This document shows positions 36,267 through 47,071 of a stretch of DNA of 64,000 nucleotides, one piece after another. The stretch's first letter is position 1; every line of letters begins with the position of its first letter. The DNA comes from Guillardia theta CCMP2712. Its lineage: Eukaryota > Protista > Cryptophyta. Under the pieces are notes generated by a model, which did no database searches, was not told where the DNA came from, and saw nothing but the letters and a program-made list of their open reading frames with translations. The stretch is from NCBI RefSeq assembly GCF_000315625.1, contig NW_005434654.1, positions 314,273 through 378,272 on the forward strand. Direction: 5' to 3'. The position numbers were made by a program, and so were the translations under genes.

Positions 36267-38635
36267 ATGTCGCTTGTGAGCGTACGTGAGGGATGCGTGA
36301 AGCTGTCGTCGCAGAAGCTCCCCTCTCAGCTGGAGCACCTCGGAGACTTGATCGCACATCTCCTGCAGAGCAAGGACTTTGCCGCCAGTCTCTCTTTATC
36401 ACACCGCAATCAGGTGGAACATCTCAACAATCTGCTGGCAGGTATTTCAAAGGGGTTGCTAGAACCTGTCAAGGCAAGCAAGTACTGCTCCGTGCTCATA
36501 GGAGGCAATCAAGTACGATCTAATGAGCTTGTCTCAACTATCTTCCCTGCTTCTGGCTCGATTCCCGTCTCGTTGGTGCCATCTTGTCTTATTGTAAGGG
36601 TCTATGTTCACGCTGTGGGTGATGACGATATCAAATATTTCAGTGTCTTCTCAACACGCGGAGCGAATATCACAAGTCTCAAGGAGTTGATAGCGAAGAG
36701 TTGCACATTCATTACAGACGCCCTCTCGTGTTCATCTCTCACCGCTGATCATCTGACGCTGGCTGACATACTTGGAAGAATAATGGAAGATGATGACGAG
36801 GTGGAAATGGTTCACGAGGATGTGGCAGACTGTGGATATCATGTCGCGTACATGTGCAGCCTAGAATTTCTAAACAATCTGGACAACGAGAAGGATCAAG
36901 GTAGTCCAGCGCTCCGATCCTGCTTGGAGATGATCAAGATTGCCGGCATGATCATGTCGAACACTCAGTCACCCGAGCCATCGCTTGGTGTGAGAGAACT
37001 TGATTTTGATCTCGTGAGCTGGAACACCTTCGTGCAACAACTCAATGCCGTACACCCTGCTCAGCCTGCTACGATCGATCTTCATGCTCTCCGAAATTGC
37101 TTGACTCAGTTTAAGACCACAAGGCATGACCTTTCCAAGTGCCCAGTTGAGATCAGCAGAGGCATCGAGTCTACCCTGGAGGGAATTGACTCACTCGATC
37201 CTGCTATGGTGACACATCTTGCCCTGGCTTTCAATACATTCTATCCTTATGTTCAGATCCTTGCACACAAGGATAAGCCCGTGTTTCGCTCGCAGAAAGA
37301 CGCATTGGTTCAGCTACAAGATCAACTGGAACTCTATCACAACCAAAGATCAGGATGTGCCCATGCGCGGATGTCAAAATTAGAACTTGAGACCTGTCAA
37401 GAGGTATGAAACAAAGTTCCTGCATTTTTCCAATGACAATGATTCTGTTTAGGACCTGAAAAACTTTCACAACATTTTCAACAAGACCCTCGACGACTGG
37501 GCAAGAGCTTATGATTGGAAATTGAAAAATGAATTTGACAACTTCGATCAAGACATTTCAAAACAAGTCGAGCAGCTCTCGAATATCTTGCAAGTCTACA
37601 AAGAGTGCACCAAGCAAGAGGAAAAGCGGAAATCGACTTTGAAGCAATATGAGCAAGAAGCGACGACAATTCATCAAAAAGCTCAGATCGTGGTAAAGTT
37701 TAACATCCTTGTCTGTGCAAAGGTATTTTTGACGTAGTTAATGGCAGGTCGACTGTTGTCTCAACCTGGATCGACTTGCCGAGGACAATTGCTCGGATGT
37801 TGACAAGAAAATCGACCAAGAGATTGCACGATTGCAGTCCCTCAAGAAGCAGAATCAAAACCTGATGCAAGAAATTCGGAGTCGCAAACAGCGCTTGATC
37901 AACGTCAAGACTCAAGAAAGCTTGATGCATCAGAATGTCATGATGTCAGTTCGCGAGTACCTGGCATGCGCAGACATTCGGATCAAGAAGGCTGAGAAGT
38001 CTGTCGAGGCAGTCTCTTCGGTGATCGAAATGATCCCTTCGCTTGCAAGCACAGTCAACGAAGAGGTCCAAGAGTTGAATGACTACGCAGAAGATCTCAA
38101 GCGTTGCATTGCTTGCGACTTGCATGAGGCTTATGCTGGAGTACACAAGGTCTCGACCATCGACAAGATCACTCAAACAGCAACAGCAGAGATATGCCTC
38201 GACCAAGAACATGACCTGGAAAGAAAGCTTGCATTGGAAGAGACTCTACTTGATTCGGAAGACTCAGTGATTCAGAATAAGATTCAATCAATCGAATCTG
38301 ATCTCAATCGTATGAAGGAGAGTCGACAGAAGTGCCTTTCAAAGATTACGAGCTTGAAAGAGAATCTTGAGACATCCAACGTCAGGTATGCCCCAGTGCT
38401 GGAGTTCTTGAGGACCAACTCTCAAAGTGTCACCCGTGACTTGCTCAAAATTGTGACCAACGAGGCGAACCTGAGAGAATGGCAAGGAGTGAGAAGAAAC
38501 GAGGCCTCCATGCGAGTACTGGAAATGGTCGATGACTTCGAGAATAACTTTCGGGAAGCCTTTGAAGGCAGAGATCGACGGATCCGCGAGAACTTGGCAC
38601 AAAAATATGCCGAACAAGGAAGAATCTCAATGTGA
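36267..38635 (+). CDS. Uncharacterised protein with possible ubiquitin-like domain and long C-terminal coiled coil, 3 exons
   Basis: GCCGCCATG start. GT-AG introns at ~37404-37452 and ~37693-37747 join ORFs 35820-37409, 37522-37737 and 37832-38635. Segment IVRVYVH...ITSLKELIAK...LTLADILGRIMEDDDEVEMV. Confidence 0.65.
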
Positions 38636-40050
38636 AATTCACTGAGTGCCGCGCGATTTCTGACGAAGTCCGGGATGTTGCAACCATTTCATTAAAACCA
38701 CTTAGTAGCCTGTATCATTGTATCATAGTGCCGCAAAATAACCAGTACAGAACCTTGCAAAGTTGAATTACCCTACTTCCGTCGCGGTACCGTGCCAAGC
38801 CTCCGATGTTCGTGACCCGGTGACCGGGGCCCATCCCAATCGCGGCGGCCCCTCAGTAAGTTGTCGGACCGGATCGCCGCCGGTACGGGCTAGTACCGTA
38901 CCCACTGCGCATTGGGTTTGGTTCTCGCTGTCTTTTCTCTTCTCGCCGTTTGGCCTGTGCGACAGTGTCAGGGTCACGCCTCCTCGACTCTCCTGATTGT
39001 CCTCGTACTGATTTTTAACTTAACTTTGAGTAAAACACTGCGCTGGGGGGCGGCCGGGCCGCCCGATCGGACTCCGGGCTACTACGGGCCGTGAATGGTC
39101 ATCGCCGCCATGAGTCGCCCCCCCGGCGGCGTCACCGGGTGCCCACTCGTAACTGCAATGGAGTCCTCCCCCCGGCCCCGCCGTTATCATCTTCTAGACA
39201 GTCAGGGAGATACGTTTGAGATCTGATTCTATTTTTAGCCGCTTTTCTCAAGTTTGACTACGAGGTTTTACTCCTTCTCCTTGTTTTTTAAAAATTGCTC
39301 TATAATATTTTTATACTCCTTGAGTTTTAAAACCACCTACCCACCCCCTAGTGGCTTTTTCTCGAGGATATGGTCCTACCCACCCCAACCCATCATTTCA
39401 GTACCCCACCCTAAAAATAGCCAACTACACCCCTGTCCACTAGAGTCAAATTCAGGGTGTGCATTGCACCCTTACCACCCTTTTCACCACCACCCCCGTT
39501 GAATTTCACCAGTACCCACCTGTGTCGTCAGCGAGGTCACATACCCCACCCTCTAGTCTCCATTCCCCTGCACTAACCCCTAGTCTCGTGGAAGTTTCAT
39601 ATACCCCCACCCCCTCTTGTTAGGTTCATCCCACCACCCCTTTGGCATCCAGAATCCTCAACTTTCAGCGCAAGGCTCCTTTGCTGCAGTTCCCCCTCCT
39701 CTCCTTCCTTCATCAACTCCCTCCTCTCCTCTTTCGTCCAGGTTGTTCTCCTCCTCTTGCTCTCTCGCTCTCGCTTCTATTAGATCTGATCTCTCTCTCT
39801 TCAAAACCCTTTCCCCGACCCGTGTGCGCACATTTACAGCAACCCTTTGTTCAAGAGTTTTTCAATCCTTTGGCTTCCCCTTGGTCTCGTGGACAGTAGC
39901 CACTTTTGAGGAAGCATAGATCAAATTGATGACAGAGCCTCTTGGAAAGATTTAGCTGGCTATAACAGGAGTCCCACAACTTGTGAACGATTGATACCAT
40001 TGAATGTGTATCGCTGATTGTGTACAGTGACTCCTTATCATTTCTGGACG

Positions 40051-41466
40051 ATGAATCTTAATCCAAGTGTAGACCTCTTGTTTCAGGATAGTGACATTCA
40101 GTTCAATTTCGATAACTGCAAGAAACCAAAGGCTCTCATGCCTCCATCGCAAGGTCGCAGAGCAAGGCCTAAGCGGCTGGCAAGACACGCCACGGAGGCG
40201 GACCGAGAAAAGGAGAGACTGGGAAAGATCGCTGAGAGGGAGCGAACGAGGGTGCTGCTGGAGAAGCTCGACCCGCTGGTGCCGCTGACCAAACAACCTG
40301 CGCCGTCCTCGAGGGGGAGCCTGCGAACGAAGCGAACGCTGATCGACCTGTACGAGGATGCGATAGCGCACCTTCAGAGCATACGATGTGAGGACATGAA
40401 GAAGCCCTCCAAGCGGATGAGGGATGGAGCATGTCACTTGTCGCTGACAGTGTATCGGGAGGGGTTAATGATGAGCGACACGATGCTGTGCTTGGAGCTG
40501 CTGCTGCCAGACACGCGGGTCGTGCGGGCCAGCAGAGGGCTGGAGCAGCTGTACCTCGGGCTGACTCGAGCTAACATTGCGGGAGAGAAGTTTGCGCACT
40601 TCTTTCATCCCGAGGACCTTCAGCATGCGAGGGCTCACCTGCAAGCGACCGGGATGCTGCCGTTGCAGTTTGTTGCGCGAGTGATTGCGATTGATGCAAG
40701 CCGGCAAGGAAGCATGCTGAATGTGAGGTTTGACGCAGCGTATCCGAATGCGATAGAGGGCAGGATGGTCTACATGCTGAGCTTGCTGTCGAGCCCCTCG
40801 TGGACGTGCTCGGCGAGCTGGGACGGCTTGTCGGAAGTGTCAGGCGTGTACGAGCTGGTGAGCGACAGGTCCACATCGCACTACCTGACGGACTGCGCGC
40901 TGAACCGGGTGGGAGCTGTGGGAGGCTTTCACTTGGGGCTGAACGCGTTTGGGAGCTGCGAGATGTCGAGCTCAGCGATCAGTCGGCTGATGAGTCGGAT
41001 AGGAGCGACCTACAGCATTCTCAGTCGGAAAGCCAGTGGCCTACTAGAGCGCATTGCTCAGGTGCACTATGTCTTGGATCTTTCATCAGAGATCCCGGTC
41101 ATCTGCATTCACGTGCGGCTGAGGCTGCCAAACGTGTTCGGGACTTTCAAGACGCCTTGGTCGAAGGTGCTCACGGCAACGTGCGATGGATCGCCAGCCG
41201 ATGGACTGATGAGATTTCCTGGTACGGCGATGGGGTTTCTGGTCCATCGAAACGTTCCAGGTCAGCTCTCGGTGCTCTACTACAAGCGAGATGGAGACAC
41301 CTGGCGGATCTTTCACCATCGCCTTTACCGATTCAATTCGGACTCCGTGACTTTGAGCGGCGAAGTCTTCACCTACCTCGGAGAAGATCCTTTCCCTTAC
41401 TCCCTTCACTTCCGCAAGGTCGAGGAGGCCGACCGCACCATCTTAGCTGCTACAGAGCTTTCGTGA
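40051..41466 (+). CDS. bHLH-PAS-type transcription factor, copy 2
   Basis: Same length and motifs as copy 1, with patchy divergence. Confidence 0.75.
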   Translation: MNLNPSVDLLFQDSDIQFNFDNCKKPKALMPPSQGRRARPKRLARHATEADREKERLGKIAERERTRVLLEKLDPLVPLTKQPAPSSRGSLRTKRTLIDLYEDAIAHLQSIRCEDMKKPSKRMRDGACHLSLTVYREGLMMSDTMLCLELLLPDTRVVRASRGLEQLYLGLTRANIAGEKFAHFFHPEDLQHARAHLQATGMLPLQFVARVIAIDASRQGSMLNVRFDAAYPNAIEGRMVYMLSLLSSPSWTCSASWDGLSEVSGVYELVSDRSTSHYLTDCALNRVGAVGGFHLGLNAFGSCEMSSSAISRLMSRIGATYSILSRKASGLLERIAQVHYVLDLSSEIPVICIHVRLRLPNVFGTFKTPWSKVLTATCDGSPADGLMRFPGTAMGFLVHRNVPGQLSVLYYKRDGDTWRIFHHRLYRFNSDSVTLSGEVFTYLGEDPFPYSLHFRKVEEADRTILAATELS

Positions 41467-41611
41467 TGGCTGACGGGCGAGGAAGAGGGGGAGAGAAGGG
41501 AGTTTTGCTGGAAGGGTCAGGCGGGGAGTCAGAGCAGGTGGAGGGATGGGATGTGACGATCGAGGAGGTGTTATCACCTTGAGGGTGTACAGAAGCTGTG
41601 TCATATGTGCT
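40051..41611 (+). repeat. 1.56-kb direct repeat, right copy
   Basis: Matches 20579-22139. Confidence 0.95.
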
Positions 41612-41730
41612 ATTGGTCAAAGAGGTCAAAGAGAATGTGTACAGGTTAAGTTGTCAATTATTACAGAACTGTAACGATGAACCTTGTCAATCTCATCTTT
41701 GATCTTTGTGAAAAGAACAAGCGTGTACTT

Positions 41731-43471
41731 CTATTCGCTCACTGTTGCATCGCTAGTGTTCTTCACTTTCTTGACCTCGGCCTTCTGGCTCTTAATCTGA
41801 ATCTCTAGTGGAACCACCTCCATTGAAAGAACCTTGACCAGCCTGTTGACAAAAATGTGAATGGACGATCATAGTGGTATTCAATGCTGTGCGTACTTGC
41901 TTTCATCATCAAAGATGCAGGTCATCGCAGTACAGTCCAGGTAGAACGGGTACTCCTGCGGCATGCGATCACGGTTCCTACTGCCATTGACTGCATCACG
42001 TAGCAGACCTGACCCGCACACGACTCCTTGCGATACACAGACCGCGGATCAGCTTGTAAGACCTCATCATCTCGTTAGGATCCAGCAAGTCGACAACTGG
42101 TCGTCACCTGGATGGCAGCTTGTCGAAGGCACTCCCAGGTCTCTATCATCCTGGGTTGCTTGTGTTCCTTCTGTATGTCTTCAAACTGTCTTTCAGCCTG
42201 CAAGTCCTAATGACATGGCATGCCTCGTGTGCATTGCCGTTTACCTCCTCCGTGAACTCAACTCTCAAGATCGGTTGTGCGCTGGGAACACACCAACTTG
42301 GATACCTGAGCATTAACAAGTTCAGTACACAACCCCACTGCCGCTCCGAGCATGCCTGAGAGATTTTCCTTCCAACGAGAGCTTGTGCGCTAACTCAACA
42401 CCAAAGTCTTGAGAGCCGTCTGGACCGTTCTGTACGTTTCAACTTTTCAGCATCAAAATTCCTCGCTTCGTTGTTCTCACCGCATACGGCGCATCATAAC
42501 AGGGGATGTAAGGTTTGATGTCGATCACAGGCGTTCCTTCAACAAGGTCCACACCTGACAGCTCCAGGGTCCTTCCCTCCACCTTGAAGACCTCAGGTTC
42601 AGAAAGGAGCGACGGAGTCATATCGACTAATATCCCACCTTCTCGAGCTTGCAGAGTGAGATTCCGATGGGGTAAGGACGATGAGGCGAACGAGTAGCAA
42701 ACACGCCCTTGGAGGCACCAAGGAGTCTAGGAGGATAGATGTGAGGTCTTGGGCAGTAGTTCGTGCCATTCCCGTCGAAGACGAAAAGAATCCACACGTG
42801 AGAGAAATCCTGACGATGACAGACGTCAACATTGACCTGGTAGAAACACCCCTTCGCTAGGATGGAACACTTACCTCCAATCCCTCCAGTGAATGATGGG
42901 GATTGGTTCCAAAGACAATGTCGATCTTAGCGCGAGAGGATGGAACAACTGATCCTTGCCTTGGACATCCGTTCCTTCGTGGGAAGCATGATTTAACATG
43001 CGCAATCGGCATCATGGTGAGGGCTGGCATCACAACCTTGGGGTCCCACGTCCTCTCCTCGTAGCAATCCTCCTCCACTCTCCCACCTTGCGCTAATTTT
43101 CCTTTTCTCACTCGAGGAAGATTTTCATTTCGTTTCCTCCGCTCATACCGCTTTCCCTTCTCTCCTGGCCAGAGGTTCTGCGACGAAAGCCCTTCCATGC
43201 TCGTCGCGCTTCCCTTCATGCTCTGTAGAGGACGAGGACCGACATCCATCTTCTCTTCTGTAGTCTCGACACAACAGCAATCACTACATGCCTGCTCGCA
43301 GCTACGACAAGACGCTTTCTCCAGGAAGGCGTGCTCAGCTCCAAAAGGAATTTCCAGAGTAGGATCGTTGAAGACCTGTTTCAGGCTGGACTCAATGTCC
43401 AGCACGCGCTTCCTGGTCTCAATCAAACTCGAGATGAGGCCTTTCAGCACGCTTCCGTTAGCAGCCTGCAT
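41731..43471 (-). CDS. TRMO: tRNA (adenine37-N6)-methyltransferase TrmO/TsaA family; true start may lie further upstream (~43680)
   Basis: PIAHVKSCFPRRNGCPRQG, LEGLEDFSHVWILFVF, PPRL..GVFATRSPHRPYPIG and SGVDLVEGTPVIDIKPYIP.YD. Confidence 0.92.
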
Positions 43472-43880
43472 GCTGTATGCCCAAGGCTACCCTGCTGAAA
43501 GTGCACTGGAACCTGGGCTAGTCCGTTGCTCTCCTTCTCCTGCTCTCGATCGTCTCGTCCGTGTCCTTTGGCACTTTATGGATCGTCTGGTATTGGACAG
43601 TTCAGGTTGCTCTTTCCCTCCTGTCTCCTCTCCTCTCCTCCTCCTCCTCTCCCCTCTCGCGCCTCCTTCCCAGCGCCATGGCCGAATCGCACCTGCGAAA
43701 TCGCACGTGTAATTGAGAGGGGTTGGCCTGTCCTGATCAGACGGTGACGAACTAAAGTACTGAGTGGCAGTGAGCCGGCCGTGGCCGGCCGGCCCGTCCG
43801 GCGAGTGGTGGTCAAAGGTATTGTCAAAACGTGGTCAAAGGTGGTCAAAAAATTACAGGGGCCCAGCGGGTGTAGGAGCA

Positions 43881-46800
43881 ATGGTGGGGAAGGTTGGGCA
43901 AGATGGAGTTGGGCGCGGGGGGGGACCAGGAAGAAGGGAGGGAGAGGAGGGAGAGGAGGATGATGACGGAGGGCTCGAAGAAGATGAGCTGAGGGAGGAG
44001 AATTCGGTGAAGCCGATGGGTGAGACTGGACCCCACGAGAAGAAGTCGGAAGTAGCACGGCGGCTGATAGTGGACTCAGACATCGAGGAAGAGAACCCGG
44101 ACGGGAGACATGGGCATCAAGGCACAGGCTCTGTGCCCTGTGATGGTTCAACGAGGAATTCTCACGCAGATCATGCGGAGTTGCTTCAAAGCTGGCTCAG
44201 TCCAGGAAAGAACGGCAGGCCGCAGGGTTCTTCGCTGCCACAGATTTTGATGGTCACCCTGTTTGCGAGGTCCTTCCTGTCTTATGACTATCTTTCTCTT
44301 GGATTCGCCGCATTGTTCCTTGCAGCAGTTCCTGTCATGTCCACCAGGGCAGGAGGGCTGAGGCTACCTTCCATCAGGGGGAGGGTATACGAGATCAACT
44401 TGAAGAAGGTTTTCTGCCTGGTAAACGCCCTCTGGTCCCTGATAACGATCATCTTCGATGTGGCTAAGTTGGCTGGGATGAACATCATCACGAGCTCAGA
44501 GTCTTCGGCTGATGAGAAGCTCTTCTGGATTCTGTGCTCAATTACACTGGACGCCCTCGCAGGGACCAGTGGGGTCAGAATCTTGTTTTCCCTGCAGGCA
44601 TGTACGCAGGTGCACACGTTGTTCTCGGCTTCGTCGAAGATCTCTTACTGGGTGTACTTGCTGATGGCCGTGTCCTCACTGTTGAATCCAACCATCATCA
44701 CAGTCATTTACTACCTGTTCAGTCTTGTTCTGATACTGCAGTGGGTCAGTCGTGGTGAATTCAGCTTTCAGAGCACAACATATGTGTCCACTCTCAAGGT
44801 ATACACTGGAATCCATCTCTTTGTGACCTACAGCTTTGCCATCTCTGTGCTTCGTTTCCAAGACAGCAACGCACCTCAGCTCGAGAAGATGTTTGGGTTC
44901 TATCCTTTCGATGGCTGGACCTGGTCAAAGTGGGTCAGCAACTCGTTCCTGCTCGGCTTGTACTGCATGAATTTCTCTCCTGCCAGTCACGAGCAAGGTC
45001 AGGAGAACAGGATGTCGAGCAGGGGAGAGACCAACGTCATTCACCTTCCAAACCTGCGCACTCCTCTCATCGCGAGCAGGCCGCATGAGAGTCCCGCAGT
45101 CGATCCCCCAGGCGAGGGAGGCGAGGATCAGGCAGAGGAGAAGAGGCGGCAAGTCAGCTTCTCGCCAGAGCAAGAGGAGGTGGTTGCTGCCGCAGACGAG
45201 GATGTTCCGCCCAGCCCCTCGATCGGATGGCAGAAATACCTTCTGGACTATCTCCCCCAGCTCCTCAGCGCTGTCCTGATGTTGTGGCCTGTCCTGCTGC
45301 CGAGCTTCCTGTCAGTGGTTTTGTTTGCCGCCTCGTTGTTCCTGTTTGCGATGGGATCAACACAGAGGTAACGAGCTGAGAAGAATGAGCTGGTTGCGAT
45401 CTGACTCGTTGGCAGGGATGTCAGATGCCTGCTCACTTTTCAGCGAACGACACGAGTCGTCATGATCTACATCTCCGCCATCATCTTCGTTCAGTTCATG
45501 TTTCAAATCACTTCGTCGGATGTACGCAAAGAATGCTCGAACACGACGAGCACGTCCGACATATCGATCGTGCAGACCATTGGTCTCGTGGATTACAAGG
45601 ATTGCTGCTGGAGATCGCCGAATATCTGGCCCCGATGCATGGGGGTAAAAGAAGTAATGCTGCAGCTGTTCATCTTCCAGATGATGTTTGTTTGTCAAAT
45701 GTTGTCATCCCGCTACACCAGAGAAGGAACGGTTGAAACGAGGGCCCCAAGCACTCCGGCTTCTGTGGCTGAAGAGAAAGACCGCTTCTTGTACTGGAGG
45801 GTTTTCTTCCACCTCAATTGGATCCTCACAATCGTTCTTCTCTTCTATGACAGTCTCCTTTTCTTAGACCTTCAGGTTGTCTTGTCTCGGAATGAGGAGG
45901 AAGTAACACTCTACTCCAGCGACTCAGCCGCCTGATCTTGGCAATCTATTTGTGCCTTGTCTCTCCGAGGTTTTGCCCTGATGATCCGAATTCAATGCTC
46001 TAATTACTTTATCTCTTTCCCTGTTCCTTCTGCACATCCTCCTCGCCTTCCTTACCCTTTGTCCTCCTTTCCTTGTGTCTTGCTGCCCTTTCTCCTTCAC
46101 TTCATTCCTGCTCTCGCCTTGTCCCCTCTGCAGCCCGAGCGTTTGGATCGTCGGCTTCGGGGGAGTGGGAGTGATGTGCCTGTTGGACTACGTCTGGCAC
46201 TTCCCAATCTTGATGGCCTTGGAGGTAACCTGGCACGTCCTGTCTCCGGCCTGACTCCTTCCCTACGGCAGGTCCTGGGCCTCGGGATCAGCAGGGAGAA
46301 GCCGCTGTGGGCGTGGGAGGCGATCGGGGGGAGCTTGTTGATCTATGTGCTTCTCGTGCAGCAGTTTCACCTTGCCAAGTTGAAGCTGCGGCTGGAGTGT
46401 CTAGAGCAGCAGTGGATCTTCGTGGAGGAGGACGAGGGTGAGGCTGCTGCCTGTCCTGTGTGCTCTTGACAGCGAGGAAGCAGCGGCAGAAGGAAGTGAA
46501 GGCCAGCTGGTGCTCTCCGATGAAGCGGCGCAGCAGGCAGGGCCGGAGCGTCAAGTCGTCCTGGACTTCCAAGAAATGTGAGGGAGAGGTGGGAGAGGAG
46601 TGGGTTGTGATGGTTGTGTGGAGCAGAAGCAAGAGGAGGCCGGACAGCAGCGACAAGTCCTGGGCCCACTCGATGATCGTCGCATACCGGGAGATGCAGC
46701 TGAATGTGATGCCGCAGACTGAGACCCCTGTGACTGCTCTTCTGACCCGTTGCCCTCCTCTTGCAGGTCAGGAACTCGTGGAATCTTGTCGGGTTTGTGT

Positions 46801-47035
46801 GTGTCTACCTCCTGATCCTCCTGTACGGGATGGGATGCTACATGAAGCTGCGATGGTGGATGGGGGAGAGGGACATCCACATGACGGTTGACGTCATCGT
46901 TTACCTCCTCGTCTCCTTCTTCTTCCTCCTCGTCCACTCTCTCTTCGGGTGGAAGCTCGACGGCCTTGAGATCGCGCACAGGATGTGGTAAGGGAGACTG
47001 AGAGGCGACTCGCTGCCTCACTCTCTCAGAGTTTC

Positions 47036-47071
<36 letters not shown>

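Noticed and set aside
22437-38635. Endogenous virus or transposon (HPDKGG recalls polyomavirus T antigen)
   Set aside because: No helicase, capsid, polymerase, integrase, transposase or RT motifs seen. The genes have host-type spliceosomal introns, and no TIR or TSD was found.
20579-41611. LTR retroelement (long direct repeats)
   Set aside because: The repeats are protein-coding genes without TG...CA ends, PBS or PPT, and there is no gag/pol inside.
43808-43850. Three GTGGTCAAA copies between TRMO and Piezo
   Set aside because: Could be a TF-site cluster, but it is too short and a single instance.
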